Source: Thermoplasmatales archaeon SG8-52-3 (GTDB taxonomy: Archaea > Thermoplasmatota > E2 > DHVEG-1). From it: 64,000 bases of DNA. The notes below the pieces were generated by a model. The model was not told the DNA's origin. It did not search any database and saw only the letters and a program-made list of their open reading frames with translations. The stretch lies in assembly GCA_001595915.1 (NCBI GenBank), contig LSSG01000019.1, positions 5,408-69,407 on the forward strand. Reading direction: 5' to 3'. Positions 14,772-25,454 of this stretch are shown here, one piece after another (within the stretch, counting starts at the first letter, position 1; the number at the start of each line of letters is the position of its first letter). The position numbers were made by a program, and so were the translations under genes.

Positions 14772-15911
14772 TTGGATTTCAATCTTACAGAGCAACAAAA
14801 ATTGTTCCAAAAGGTTATTAGAGAATTTTGTGAAAAAGAAATAAAACCAATTGCTTCAAAAATTGATCAAGAGGAATATTTTCCGTTTGAACTTTATAAA
14901 AAAATGGGTAAAATGGGACTTATGGGAATGACTGTTCCTCAAGAATATGGTGGGGCAGGTATTGATAAAGTAAGTTATATGATTGCACTTGAGGAAATAT
15001 CCAGATATTGCGGATCTACCGGACTTACTGTTGAAGCACATAATACTCTAGGTTGTGGTTATATCTATGAGCATGGTTCTGAAGAACAGAGAAAGAAATA
15101 CCTTCCAAATTACACAAATGGTGAGAATTTTGCAGCCCTAGCAATAACTGAACCTAATGCGGGATCAGACGTTGCAGGACTTCAAACAACAGCAGTTCTT
15201 AATAAAGATGAATGGGTGATTAATGGTACAAAACAGTTCATTACTAGTGGTGATATCGCAGGAGTAACTATTGTAATGGCAAAAACTGACAAGGATAAAG
15301 GTGCCAAGGGGATATCAGCAATTCTTGTAGAAAAAGATACAGAAGGTTTTAAAGTGGGCCAATTAGAAGATAAACTTGGTCTTCGGGGCAGTAGAACAGC
15401 TGAGCTTATCTTTGAGGATTGCAGAGTACCTAAAGAAAATCTATTAGGAGAGTTAAATAAGGGATTTTATGGAGTAATGGATACTCTTGATAGAGGTAGA
15501 ACAGCAGTTGGAGCAATGTCAGTAGGTATTGCTCGAGGTGCTCTTGAAGATAGTCTTGAATATGCACAACAAAGACAACAGTTTGGACGACCTATCGGTA
15601 AATTTCAAGCAATTCGTTGGATGATAGCAGACATGGCAACTGATATTGATGCTGCAAGACTACTTGTTTATAGAGCTGCATTTTTAGAAGATAACAAATT
15701 ACCTTATTCAAAGGAAGGTGCTATGGCAAAACTATTTGCTTCAGAAATTGCAATGAGAGCAACAAATAAGGCAATTCAGATTTTTGGAGGTTATGGTTAT
15801 ACACGTGAATATCCTGTTGAAAGGTACTTTAGAGATGTAAAACTTTGTCAGATTGGTGAAGGCACCTCAGAAGTACAACGAATTGTCATATCAAAAAGAT
15901 TAGGGTTATAG
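14772..15911 (+). CDS. Acyl-CoA dehydrogenase (short/medium-chain type)
   Basis: TTG start after GGTGA. MDFNLTEQQKLFQKVIREFCEKEI…ALAITEPNAGSDVAG…QIFGGYGYTREYPVERYFRDVKLCQIGEGTSEVQR. Confidence 0.9.
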   Translation: MDFNLTEQQKLFQKVIREFCEKEIKPIASKIDQEEYFPFELYKKMGKMGLMGMTVPQEYGGAGIDKVSYMIALEEISRYCGSTGLTVEAHNTLGCGYIYEHGSEEQRKKYLPNYTNGENFAALAITEPNAGSDVAGLQTTAVLNKDEWVINGTKQFITSGDIAGVTIVMAKTDKDKGAKGISAILVEKDTEGFKVGQLEDKLGLRGSRTAELIFEDCRVPKENLLGELNKGFYGVMDTLDRGRTAVGAMSVGIARGALEDSLEYAQQRQQFGRPIGKFQAIRWMIADMATDIDAARLLVYRAAFLEDNKLPYSKEGAMAKLFASEIAMRATNKAIQIFGGYGYTREYPVERYFRDVKLCQIGEGTSEVQRIVISKRLGL

Positions 15912-15933
15912 ATTTAAATTTGGGGAGGAATTA

Positions 15934-17559
15934 ATGCAGAAAAATGAGGGATATGATAATTTATACAAGAAGTTTAAATGGAACGTTCCAAAATATTACA
16001 ATTTTGGTTTTGATGTTGTTGATAAATGGGCAGAAGACAGAACAAAACTTGCATTAATATCAATTGATAGAACTGGTAGAAGAGATAGATATCATACTTT
16101 TAGGGATTTATCAGTTGAATCCAATCGTTATGTAAATGCTTTAAAACGAATTGGTATAAAAAAAGGTGATAGAGTACTTGTAATATTACAAAGTATTCCT
16201 GAATGGTATATTGCTTTAATTGGAATGTTTAAACTTGGTGTAATTCCAATGCCTGGTACAGTTCTATTAACTTCAAAAGACATTGAATATAGAGTAAATC
16301 GTGCTGAAGCAAATATGATTTTTACAGATTTAAATCATGCAGACCTTGTTGATGGAATTAAATCAAAATGTCCAACACTCAAATATTTAATGCTTGTGGA
16401 TGGAAAAAGAAAAGGATGGTTAAACTATCTTGAGGAAATGGATAAATCTTCTTATGAATGTATACAAAAAGATTTTGGTAAAACTAAATCAACTGATTCA
16501 ATGCTTATATATTTTACATCAGGAACCACGGGTCCACCTAAAATGGTACTTCATACACATAGCTATCCTCTAGGTCATGAGGTAACTGCTAGATTTGCTC
16601 AATCACTGACAGATAAGGATTTACATTGGACTGTTTCAGAAACTGGATGGGCAAAAGCTGCTTGGGGAAAGCTTTTTGGTCAAATGCTTGTCGGTGCTGC
16701 TGTAATCCAATGGGAAACACCAGGAAGATTTGATGCTGATGGTTTATTGTGGGCATTGGAGAGATATGGAGTAACCTCTTTTTGTGCACCACCAACGGTT
16801 TATCGTTTATTAATTCAAATGGATTTAAAAAAATATAATTTAAAACTACGTCATTCTATGAGTGCAGGTGAACCGTTAAACCCTGAGGTAATTCGTGTTT
16901 GGAAAGATACTTTTGGTTTAGAAATCTATGATTTTTATGGACAAACTGAAACTGTATGCGTTCTGTCAAATTATCCATTTATGCCAATAAAATATGGTTC
17001 AGTTGGCAAGCCAACACCAGGTCATGATGTAAGAATTGTTGATGATAATGGAAATGAATTACCAGCAAATGAAGAAGGAAATATTGCTCTTTATATTGAT
17101 AAGGTCCGTCCACCAGGACTCTTCAAGGAATACTGGAAAGATAAAGAAGCAATGAAAAAATCATTTAGAGGAAACTATTATTTTACAGGTGATAGAGGTT
17201 ATAAAGACGAAGATGGTTATTTCTGGTTTGTAGGAAGAGATGATGATGTAATAAAATCGTCTGGTTATAGAATAGGTCCTTTTGAAGTAGAATCAGCATT
17301 GATGGAGCATGATGCAGTTGCAGAATGTGCTGTTATTGGATCAAATGACCCAAAAAAAGTTAGAGGTATTGTTGTAAAAGCAGTAATAGTTCTCTCAAAA
17401 GGTTATAAACCATCAGAAAGACTTACTAAAGAATTACAAGATCATGTAAAAAAAACAACTGCACCTTACAAGTATCCAAGAATTATTGATTATGTTGATG
17501 AGCTTCCAAAAACAATATCTGGAAAAATTTTAAGAAGAGAGTTAAGAAAAAACAATTAA
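15934..17559 (+). CDS. AMP-forming acyl-CoA synthetase (medium-chain/aromatic-acid-CoA-ligase-like)
   Basis: MLIYFTSGTTGPPKMV is the AMP-binding motif. Also YGQTET, GDRGYKDEDGYFWFVGRDDDVIKSSGYRIGPFEVE, PKTISGKILRREL. Confidence 0.85.
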   Translation: MQKNEGYDNLYKKFKWNVPKYYNFGFDVVDKWAEDRTKLALISIDRTGRRDRYHTFRDLSVESNRYVNALKRIGIKKGDRVLVILQSIPEWYIALIGMFKLGVIPMPGTVLLTSKDIEYRVNRAEANMIFTDLNHADLVDGIKSKCPTLKYLMLVDGKRKGWLNYLEEMDKSSYECIQKDFGKTKSTDSMLIYFTSGTTGPPKMVLHTHSYPLGHEVTARFAQSLTDKDLHWTVSETGWAKAAWGKLFGQMLVGAAVIQWETPGRFDADGLLWALERYGVTSFCAPPTVYRLLIQMDLKKYNLKLRHSMSAGEPLNPEVIRVWKDTFGLEIYDFYGQTETVCVLSNYPFMPIKYGSVGKPTPGHDVRIVDDNGNELPANEEGNIALYIDKVRPPGLFKEYWKDKEAMKKSFRGNYYFTGDRGYKDEDGYFWFVGRDDDVIKSSGYRIGPFEVESALMEHDAVAECAVIGSNDPKKVRGIVVKAVIVLSKGYKPSERLTKELQDHVKKTTAPYKYPRIIDYVDELPKTISGKILRRELRKNN

Positions 17560-17561
17560 TT

Positions 17562-18767
17562 TTATTTATATGGTAAAAATTCTTTTCCCAACAATTCTCG
17601 TCCAATAATTATTCTCATAATATTCATTGTACCTTCTGCACCAATAGAATAAGACCTTACACCTCTTATGCCCATTTCAACAGGAAACTCTTTTGTATAA
17701 CCAAGTGCACCTAACCAATCTGCAACTTCATTCATAACACCAAATGCATAGATTGGAGCTCGAAGTTTTGCAATAGCTGCAGCTAGTGCTACATCATTAT
17801 GATTGGCCTTTTTATCCTTATACATTCTATCCATTACCCAGGCAGCACGATAGACTTGGAGTTTTACTGCATCAATATTACAATGATGTTCTGCTAAAGG
17901 AAACTGAATTCCTTCATAACTTCCAAGAGGTCTACCAAATGCTTTACGATTTTTTATATGTTCAATGCCAAGTTCTAAAGCAGCTTCAGATGCTCCTACA
18001 CAAGTAGCTCCAATTAAAACACGTGCTGCTGAAAAACCCTCCATAGCATAGTAGAAACCTCTGTTTAAATCTCCAATTAGATTATAATCTGGAAGTTCAA
18101 CATTATTCATAGTAAAACCTCCAGTTGAAATCCCCATTCTACCCATATCCTCAAACAAGGTTGTTTCAATTTTTTTCATATCTTTTAAAGGAACAGCAAA
18201 AAATGAAAAACCTTTATGACCTTTAGATGGGTCGGTTCTTGCAAGAGTAAGATGAACACCTCCCCAGTTACTAGACTCTGATATACCACTAATGTATATT
18301 TTCTCACCATTAAGTATCCAATTTTTCCCTTTTTTTTCTGCCTTTGTTTTGGCAGCACCTAAAATATCAGATCCACCCTCAGGTTCTGTTACAGCAATAC
18401 CACAGAAAGCTTCTCCAGAGGTTACTTTATTTAAATATTCCTTTTTAATTTTATCTGTACCGTATCTACTGAAAATAAAACCCCATGCTGCCTCAACAAG
18501 ATAAAGTACAGGTATTGCTAAACTAATATCTGCTCGACCTAGTTCTTCAGCTGCAATACTAGCCATAGTCCAGTCAACACCTGCTCCTCCATAATCTTGT
18601 GAAGCAGTAGGAGCTAGTAAACCAAGTTTTCCCATATCCTTTATTATTTCCACTGGAATTTTTTTATTAGTATCAATTTCTCTAACCCTTGGTTTAATTT
18701 TCTTCTGAGCAAAATCACGAACTGTTCTTCTCCAAATTTCTTGTTCTTCAGTCCAACTAAAATCCAT
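17562..18767 (-). CDS. Acyl-CoA dehydrogenase
   Basis: MDFSWTEEQEIWRRTVRDFAQKKI…GIAVTEPEGGSDILG…GALGYTKEFPVEMGIRGVRSYSIGAEGTMNIMR. GGAGGAGG lies upstream. Confidence 0.85.
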   Translation of the reverse strand: MDFSWTEEQEIWRRTVRDFAQKKIKPRVREIDTNKKIPVEIIKDMGKLGLLAPTASQDYGGAGVDWTMASIAAEELGRADISLAIPVLYLVEAAWGFIFSRYGTDKIKKEYLNKVTSGEAFCGIAVTEPEGGSDILGAAKTKAEKKGKNWILNGEKIYISGISESSNWGGVHLTLARTDPSKGHKGFSFFAVPLKDMKKIETTLFEDMGRMGISTGGFTMNNVELPDYNLIGDLNRGFYYAMEGFSAARVLIGATCVGASEAALELGIEHIKNRKAFGRPLGSYEGIQFPLAEHHCNIDAVKLQVYRAAWVMDRMYKDKKANHNDVALAAAIAKLRAPIYAFGVMNEVADWLGALGYTKEFPVEMGIRGVRSYSIGAEGTMNIMRIIIGRELLGKEFLPYK

Positions 18768-18905
18768 CTTTTTTTTACCTCCTCCAGTACCCTTCGGTTA
18801 GGAGGAGTATCATAAAATCGTTATAATAAGTTTGTTATAATTTTAGCTTTCTATCAGGAGATAGAAATTTATATAATTAATTTAATACGGAGTCGGGGAG
18901 AAAGA

Positions 18906-20114
18906 ATGGCTTTCAAAAATACATTTATACCTTATGGAGGATATTGGAGTACACCATTTTGTGCTTGGCAAAAAAGTTTTCAGAACCTTCATGCAGTTAA
19001 ATTTGCTGCTGAGATAGGTTCAAGATTTCTGAAAGAAAAAAAAATATCACCCAAAGAATTTGATGAATTGATTTTTGGAATTACAATACCTCAAACATCT
19101 ATTTTTTATGGTACGCCTTGGTTAGCAGGAATGCTTGGTGCAGAAAATATAACAGGACCTATGATTGGTCAAGCTTGTGCAACAGGTGCAAGAGGTGTTG
19201 AATTAGCAGCTCTTGCTATAGAATCTGGATTAAGAAAAAATATTTTTGTTGTTTATGCAGATAGATGTTCTAATGGTCCTTTACTAGTTTATCCAAACCC
19301 TGAAGCACCTGGTGCTACTCAAGATAAAGAAAGCTGGGTTTGGGATAACTTTGGAAATGATCCTTTTGCAAAAAATGCAATGGTTGAAACTGCTGAAAAT
19401 GTAGCAAAAGAAATAGGAATTTCAAGAGAAGATCAAGATAAAATTACTCTTCTTCGTTACCAACAATATATTGATTCAACAAAAAACAATAGAGCCTTTC
19501 AAAAAAAGTATATGATATCACCAGTTGAAGTGAAAGATAGAAAAGGAAGAAAAGTTATTTCAACAGTTGATGGTGATGAAGGAATTTTTCCAACTACTAC
19601 AGAAGGTCTTTCAAAACTTAGACCAGTAATACCTAATGGTACTGTTACTTTTGGAACCCAAACTCATCCTGCTGATGGAAATTGTGGAATTATTGTTACA
19701 AATCGCGAGAAAGCAAAAGAATTAAGTAAAAATAAAAAAATAGAAATTCAAGTCTTATCATATGGTGAAGGTAGGGCAAAAAAGGGTTATATGGCAAAGG
19801 CAATTATTCCAGCAGCTAAAATGGCTCTCAAACAAGCAAATTTATCTATTAAAGATATCAGTGCAATAAAAACACATAATCCTTTTGCAGTAAATGATAT
19901 TTACTTTTGCAGAGAAATGGATATTGACTGGAAAGATATGAACAATTATGGTTCTTCACTGATATATGGACATCCACAAGCACCTACTGGTGCAAGACTA
20001 ATAATTGAACTTATTGAGGAATTGGTTGAAAAGGATGGAGGTTTGGGTCTATTTGATGGTTGTGCCGCTGGTGATACAGGTGCTGCTATTGTTATTAAGG
20101 TTAGTATTGAATGA
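18906..20114 (+). CDS. Thiolase-family acyl-CoA acetyltransferase
   Basis: MIGQACATGARGVELAA is the nucleophile Cys region. The C-terminus is NPFAVNDIY…GHPQAPTGARLI…GCAAGDTGAAIVI. Confidence 0.8.
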   Translation: MAFKNTFIPYGGYWSTPFCAWQKSFQNLHAVKFAAEIGSRFLKEKKISPKEFDELIFGITIPQTSIFYGTPWLAGMLGAENITGPMIGQACATGARGVELAALAIESGLRKNIFVVYADRCSNGPLLVYPNPEAPGATQDKESWVWDNFGNDPFAKNAMVETAENVAKEIGISREDQDKITLLRYQQYIDSTKNNRAFQKKYMISPVEVKDRKGRKVISTVDGDEGIFPTTTEGLSKLRPVIPNGTVTFGTQTHPADGNCGIIVTNREKAKELSKNKKIEIQVLSYGEGRAKKGYMAKAIIPAAKMALKQANLSIKDISAIKTHNPFAVNDIYFCREMDIDWKDMNNYGSSLIYGHPQAPTGARLIIELIEELVEKDGGLGLFDGCAAGDTGAAIVIKVSIE

Positions 20115-20140
20115 TACTTTTTAATTTTGGATGAATAGCT

Positions 20141-22180
20141 ATGAATATACAAAAAGTGGGAATTATTGGTGCTGGAAACATGGGTAGTGGAATTGCGCAG
20201 AAGGTTGCTCAAGAAGGTATATCTGTAGTAATGTTAGATGTTGAAGAAAAATTTGTTAAAAATGGTTTAAATAATATTAAAAAAACTCTTTCAGAAGCAG
20301 TTGAAAGAAAGATATTATCCGAGGATCAAACAGATGAAATATTAAATCGCATTTCTGGAACTACAAATAAAGATGAATTAAAAGATGCAGATATTATTAT
20401 TGAAGCAGTATTTGAAGATTTTGAGGTTAAAAAGAATCTTTTTAATAATCTTGATAAAATTTGTAAAGAAAAAACAGTATTTGCTACTAATACCTCTTCT
20501 TTTTCAATATCTGAATTAGGGTCATCAATAAAAAGAAATGATAAGTTCATTGGTCTACATTTTTTCTATCATCCTGCTAAAAACCGTTTACTAGAAATTA
20601 TACCTGGTAAAAATACATCTCAAAATACAATAGATTTAGCTGAGGTCTTTTCAAAGATAATAGGAAAAACTGCGATAAATGTATTAGATTCACCAGGATT
20701 TGCTGTAAATCGTTTTTTTGTACCATGGTTAAATGAATCAACTAGAATACTTGAAGAAAATATTGCAAACATTCCAACAATCGATGATGTGGCAAAAAAG
20801 GTTTTTAAAATACCAATTGGCCCGTTTGAACTGATGAATTTGACAGGTATTCCAATTGCATATCACTCGACTGTAAGTCTGGGAGAAAAATTAGGTGATT
20901 TCTATAATCCTAGTAATTTACTAAAAAATCAATTTGAAAAAAAAGAGGAATGGAATCTTAATGGACAAATTGATTTATCAAAAGTAAAGATAATAGAAGA
21001 GCGTTTACTTGGTACGGTTTTTATTGTAGCATGCTACCTTGTAGAAGAAGGTGTATCAAGTATTGAGGATATTGATAGAGGAGCAAAAATTGGTCTTAGA
21101 TGGAGAAGAGGTCCATTTGAAATAATGAATAAATATGGAATAGAACGCTCTTATGAAATCGTTAAAAAATATGTTGAAAAATATCATATGCTTGGGATAC
21201 CTTCAATTCTTGAGAAACAAAATAAATCTAAAAAAATTTGGAAATTTAATTTTGTTGATTTGAAAATCAAAGATAACATTGCTAAAATTATAATAAACAG
21301 GCCAGAAGCAATGAACTCGATTAATGAGGAAGTAATAAATCAACTTGATAAAAAATTCATTGAAGCAAACAACAATTCAAAAGTAAAAGGAATCGTACTT
21401 GAGGGTGCGGGAAAAGCTTTTATTGCTGGTGCAGACATTCAATACTTTATTAATAAAATCGAACAAAACAAAATAGATGACATATACAATTTTACAAAAT
21501 ATGGGCATTCTGTAATAAATAAGATTGATGAATCTAACAAACCAGTTATTGTAAAACTTGATGGAATTGCCTTGGGCGGTGGAGCTGAAATTGCACTTGC
21601 TGCAGATACTATTGTTGCAACAGAAAAGGGTTGTATTGGTTTTCCAGAAACCGGTATCGGAATTTATCCAGGTTTAGGAGGAACTCAGAGAACTACAAAA
21701 TATATTGGAAAAGAACTAGCAAAATACCTTATATTTACTGGTAAAATCCTTGATGCGAAATCTGCTCACTCAATTGGTTTAATTGAATATGTTTTTAATC
21801 AAGATGAAATAGACAATAAGATATTTGAACTTGTTTTAGGCGGTAATGTAATAAAAAAATCAAATAAAAGACCATTAAAACTACCTGAAAATTTTCAAAA
21901 AATAAAGAATTTTTTCATAGATGAAAATATCGATTCTATATTATCTGGAAGTAAAGACTTAGATGAATTAGGACAAAAACTAGCAAAAATTATATCTTAT
22001 AAGGCGCCAATAGCAATCAAACTTGCAAATAAAATCATTGATGAAGGAAATCTTCTAGATCTAAAAGAAGGATTAAAACTAGAACTTGACAGCCTATCAA
22101 AGATTTTTTCAACCGATGATGCTTTAGAAGGGCTTCGATCAATAATAAAAAGACAAAGACCAAACTTTAAAGGAAATTAG
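20141..22180 (+). CDS. Bifunctional 3-hydroxyacyl-CoA dehydrogenase (N-terminal) / enoyl-CoA hydratase (C-terminal)
   Basis: N-terminus: VGIIGAGNMGSGIAQ…FATNTSS…GLHFFYHPAKNRLLEIIPG…SPGFAVNR. C-terminus: IIINRPEAMNSIN…VLEGAGKAFIAGADI…DGIALGGGAEIALAAD. Confidence 0.9.
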   Translation: MNIQKVGIIGAGNMGSGIAQKVAQEGISVVMLDVEEKFVKNGLNNIKKTLSEAVERKILSEDQTDEILNRISGTTNKDELKDADIIIEAVFEDFEVKKNLFNNLDKICKEKTVFATNTSSFSISELGSSIKRNDKFIGLHFFYHPAKNRLLEIIPGKNTSQNTIDLAEVFSKIIGKTAINVLDSPGFAVNRFFVPWLNESTRILEENIANIPTIDDVAKKVFKIPIGPFELMNLTGIPIAYHSTVSLGEKLGDFYNPSNLLKNQFEKKEEWNLNGQIDLSKVKIIEERLLGTVFIVACYLVEEGVSSIEDIDRGAKIGLRWRRGPFEIMNKYGIERSYEIVKKYVEKYHMLGIPSILEKQNKSKKIWKFNFVDLKIKDNIAKIIINRPEAMNSINEEVINQLDKKFIEANNNSKVKGIVLEGAGKAFIAGADIQYFINKIEQNKIDDIYNFTKYGHSVINKIDESNKPVIVKLDGIALGGGAEIALAADTIVATEKGCIGFPETGIGIYPGLGGTQRTTKYIGKELAKYLIFTGKILDAKSAHSIGLIEYVFNQDEIDNKIFELVLGGNVIKKSNKRPLKLPENFQKIKNFFIDENIDSILSGSKDLDELGQKLAKIISYKAPIAIKLANKIIDEGNLLDLKEGLKLELDSLSKIFSTDDALEGLRSIIKRQRPNFKGN

Positions 22181-22227
22181 CGGATTAATAAATTACTAAC
22201 AAATTATCTAAGAAAAATATATTTTAT

Positions 22228-23181
22228 TCATTTAATATGACCTTCTTGTTCAAGCCATTCTTTAACTTTTTTCATGCCTTGGTTATAATCAATTTTTGGT
22301 TTATATTTAAGAATTTTTTCCGCCTTTTTAATATCAATGATTTTATCATTTGAAAAAATACTGACAGCTAACGGAGTTACCCATGGCTTAAAATTTGTTA
22401 TCTTGTTTAAAAATATCATAAATTTTGCAATTATTAATCCTTGTCTTCTTGAAAAATTTCTCTCAATTGGTCTTTTTCCAATTATTTTTGCTAAATCATT
22501 AAGATATTTGCCCCAAGTTATTGAATAATCCCCGTCATTTATATCAATAATTTGTCCTATTGCCTTTGGTTCAGTAATTGCCTTAATCATAGGATCAAGA
22601 AGATTTTCTATATATGTATGTAAAAAAATCCCATTTCCTTTATTAATTAATGCAACTCTATTTTTTTTGATTGATTCTATTGGTCTTAATACCCAAGTTG
22701 TAGCTCCAGGTCCATAAACATTTCCAGGTATAATTATCACGACTGGGAACTTTTCTTTTTTGAATTTTTCTAATAAATATTTTTCTGCTAATTTTTTTGT
22801 TATATTATAATATCCAAATCTTTTTTCTTGTTCGTAACCCATATGGCTAATAAAAATAAATCTCTTAAGATTATATTTTTCACATGCATTTACTAAATTT
22901 TTTGTTCCCTCAACATTTATTTTATAAAAAAGATCTCTTGAACCATAATCTTTTACTAATGCAGCACAATGAATAACTACATCAATATTTCCAGGTATTT
23001 TTTTTAAGTCTGAAGGTTTAGTCAAGTCACATTGTATATATTCAATTTTTTTCTCAAAAAATTCTGGTTTTTTATTGTGATATATTGCTTTTACTTTATA
23101 ACCTTCTTTTACTAATCTTTTTATTATGGCACTTCCAATAAAGCCTGTAGAACCTGTTACTAGACAATTCATGTATACCAC
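22228..23181 (-). CDS. NAD-dependent epimerase/dehydratase-family (extended SDR) protein
   Basis: CLVTGSTGFIGSAIIKRLVKEGYKV…YNITKKLAEK (YxxxK). Confidence 0.8.
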   Translation of the reverse strand: MVYMNCLVTGSTGFIGSAIIKRLVKEGYKVKAIYHNKKPEFFEKKIEYIQCDLTKPSDLKKIPGNIDVVIHCAALVKDYGSRDLFYKINVEGTKNLVNACEKYNLKRFIFISHMGYEQEKRFGYYNITKKLAEKYLLEKFKKEKFPVVIIIPGNVYGPGATTWVLRPIESIKKNRVALINKGNGIFLHTYIENLLDPMIKAITEPKAIGQIIDINDGDYSITWGKYLNDLAKIIGKRPIERNFSRRQGLIIAKFMIFLNKITNFKPWVTPLAVSIFSNDKIIDIKKAEKILKYKPKIDYNQGMKKVKEWLEQEGHIK

Positions 23182-23247
23182 ATAAATTAATTTTTTCTTT
23201 TTATAATCATCGAGATATTGACAATAAATTTTTTTACTTCTAAAAAA

Positions 23248-24567
23248 TTATCCTATAAAACAAAAATTAAGGATTTTGATTTCAATACTACCTAATCTAC
23301 TAAAAGAATCCTCAGCAGTAATCAAAATAGTATATATTCCAAATGCTCTTCCAGTCCAATACCATTCATATAATTTCCATTCACTACAGTAACTTATATT
23401 AACTTGTTCTTTTCCATTAAGATAAACCTTAACAATTAAATCTTCACTTTTATCAATGTCATCAACAGCACTAAATATTATTGGTCTTAATCTGAATCCT
23501 CCCAAGGATATTGAATCAGCAATCAAATTAAAAGGTAATAATATTAATGGAATGCCAGAATAATGTAAATAACCTATCTTTGGATTTGTTATGTCAATAA
23601 TTGGTGGTTTATTTTCACCATATGGTTTCATTAATGGATATTTATCAATGTTATCTCCACCAGGTATTAAATATGGTATGTCTCCAATTCCATCTGAATC
23701 TTCATCAGTTCCATTGTAGTCACTCCAATAATTTCCACCTGAAGGATAACCATTGTGCCATTTATTACTAAACTGATCTTCAGCATTCTTAGTATTGTTT
23801 ATAAAATTGTTATGATATATGATATTGTTATAACAATAACAACAAATTTTAATTCCAAAGTTCTGATTATAAGCAAAAGTATTTCCAGTTATGTTGTTAT
23901 ATTCATGATAAAGACTCATATGTAAGCCTCTTTGAGTATTATTCAAGATTATATTATTGATAATCTTGTTATATTTACAAGGTCCTGGTCCTGATAAAGT
24001 CCAATGAAGCCCAATTCCATAAATATTATTCTGAACAATATTACTTGAAATTACATTGTAGGAAGAATTTGCTAAATATATTCCCTCAAGGGAATTATCT
24101 GTTATAATATTATTAAATATTGTAGTATCATTGGATGATATTAATCTGATAGCATATCTGCCATTTTTAACTGTGAATCCAGATAATCTAACATTACTAG
24201 CATAAATTTCAATAATATCCTCATTTTCTTTTTTTATAACAGTAGAATTCTTGTCTTCTCCCTTTAAATCTATGGATTTATTAACTATTATGTTTTCAAT
24301 ATAGGGTGAAGAATCATCATAAACAAATATTATATCTCCATCAGATGCATCATTTATCGCGCTTTGAATAGTTGTATAGTTGTTTACTCCAGTTCCTCCA
24401 ACATATAAGGTATTTCCTGAAGTTATTTTTGCATCAATTATAATAAGTTGTGTCTGTTTATGATTCAAAACTAAGGAGTTATCTGTAGATGAAACAATAT
24501 CTATACAAACAATTAAAATTAATATTGATAATGTAATTACTTTTGTAAGAATTGTTTTTGGTTTCAA
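23248..24567 (-). CDS. Exported right-handed parallel beta-helix repeat protein (NosD/PbH1-like)
   Basis: It has an N-terminal hydrophobic signal/anchor. Repeated N-I-I-x-x-N/G-I-x-L units occur (NIITDNSLEGIYLANSSYNVISSNIVQNNIYGIGLHW…). It also carries DEDSDGIGDIPY. Confidence 0.75.
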   Translation of the reverse strand: MKPKTILTKVITLSILILIVCIDIVSSTDNSLVLNHKQTQLIIIDAKITSGNTLYVGGTGVNNYTTIQSAINDASDGDIIFVYDDSSPYIENIIVNKSIDLKGEDKNSTVIKKENEDIIEIYASNVRLSGFTVKNGRYAIRLISSNDTTIFNNIITDNSLEGIYLANSSYNVISSNIVQNNIYGIGLHWTLSGPGPCKYNKIINNIILNNTQRGLHMSLYHEYNNITGNTFAYNQNFGIKICCYCYNNIIYHNNFINNTKNAEDQFSNKWHNGYPSGGNYWSDYNGTDEDSDGIGDIPYLIPGGDNIDKYPLMKPYGENKPPIIDITNPKIGYLHYSGIPLILLPFNLIADSISLGGFRLRPIIFSAVDDIDKSEDLIVKVYLNGKEQVNISYCSEWKLYEWYWTGRAFGIYTILITAEDSFSRLGSIEIKILNFCFIG

Positions 24568-24672
24568 TATATAAGTCCCCTAAATGATTATTATTACTAT
24601 GGGACAAACAATATATAAATACTATGCTAAAAAATAAATAAAAATTACAAAAAAGAAATTTATATGAATTTT

Positions 24673-25440
24673 TTATTTATTTTTCCAAACCGGTTGTCTT
24701 TTTTCAAGAAATGCAGAAAGTCCCTCATTTGCATCGATTGTTTTCATAAGCTCATTTAAGTAAATATCTTCAATTTTCTTAATAGAATCAGAATAATTTT
24801 TAGTGGCTCCCTCTATAATTGCTCGCTTTGTAAGCTTTAGAACAATTGCACTATTACTAGCAATTTTTTCATTTATAAGTTTTTCAGCTTCTTCATCAAA
24901 ATTATCAACAGGTAGTACATGGTTAACAAGACCTATTTCTTTTGCTTCATTTGCACTAATCACTTCACCCGTGATAATAAGCTCTAATGCTTTTTTATTA
25001 TACATTAATTTAGGAAAAATTGCAGCAGCTATTGGAGGAAATACTCCAACTTTTATCTCAGGTTGCCCAAATTTTGATTTTTCAGAAGCAATTACTATAT
25101 CACAAAATGTTGCAACTTCACAACCACCTCCAAGGGCAGCACCATTTACAAGTGCAACTGTGGGAGCATTTATATTATGAAGATTAGTAAAAATTTCATG
25201 AAACACTTGAATCATTTCTTTAACTTTTTCTTTTGTATGATCGGATATATCAACTCCAGCTGAAAATGCTTTTCCATTTGCATTGAATATAAGAACTTTT
25301 AAATTTTTATCTTTAAATACTTTCAATGCTTGATTAATTTCTTTCATCATCTCTATGTTAAGAATATTGAGAGGTAAATTATTGAAAGTAATTTTTCCAA
25401 TCATGTTTTTCTCTTCAATTTGAATTAATTTAAAATCCAT
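24673..25440 (-). CDS. dch: Enoyl-CoA hydratase (crotonase). Candidate cyclohexa-1,5-dienecarbonyl-CoA hydratase (Dch/BzdW-like).
   Basis: LIFNANGKAFSAGVDI…VNGAALGGGCEVATFCDIVIAS…FGQPEIKVGVFP. It is 255 aa. The specific role is inferred from the adjacent had/oah-like genes. Confidence 0.6.
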   Translation of the reverse strand: MDFKLIQIEEKNMIGKITFNNLPLNILNIEMMKEINQALKVFKDKNLKVLIFNANGKAFSAGVDISDHTKEKVKEMIQVFHEIFTNLHNINAPTVALVNGAALGGGCEVATFCDIVIASEKSKFGQPEIKVGVFPPIAAAIFPKLMYNKKALELIITGEVISANEAKEIGLVNHVLPVDNFDEEAEKLINEKIASNSAIVLKLTKRAIIEGATKNYSDSIKKIEDIYLNELMKTIDANEGLSAFLEKRQPVWKNK

Positions 25441-25454
25441 TTTGTCACCCCAAT

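Noticed and set aside
24803-25180. A 125-aa plus-strand ORF inside the crotonase gene
   Set aside because: It is antisense to a well-supported enoyl-CoA hydratase. The Ser/Ala/Phe-rich low-complexity translation is typical of a shadow ORF.
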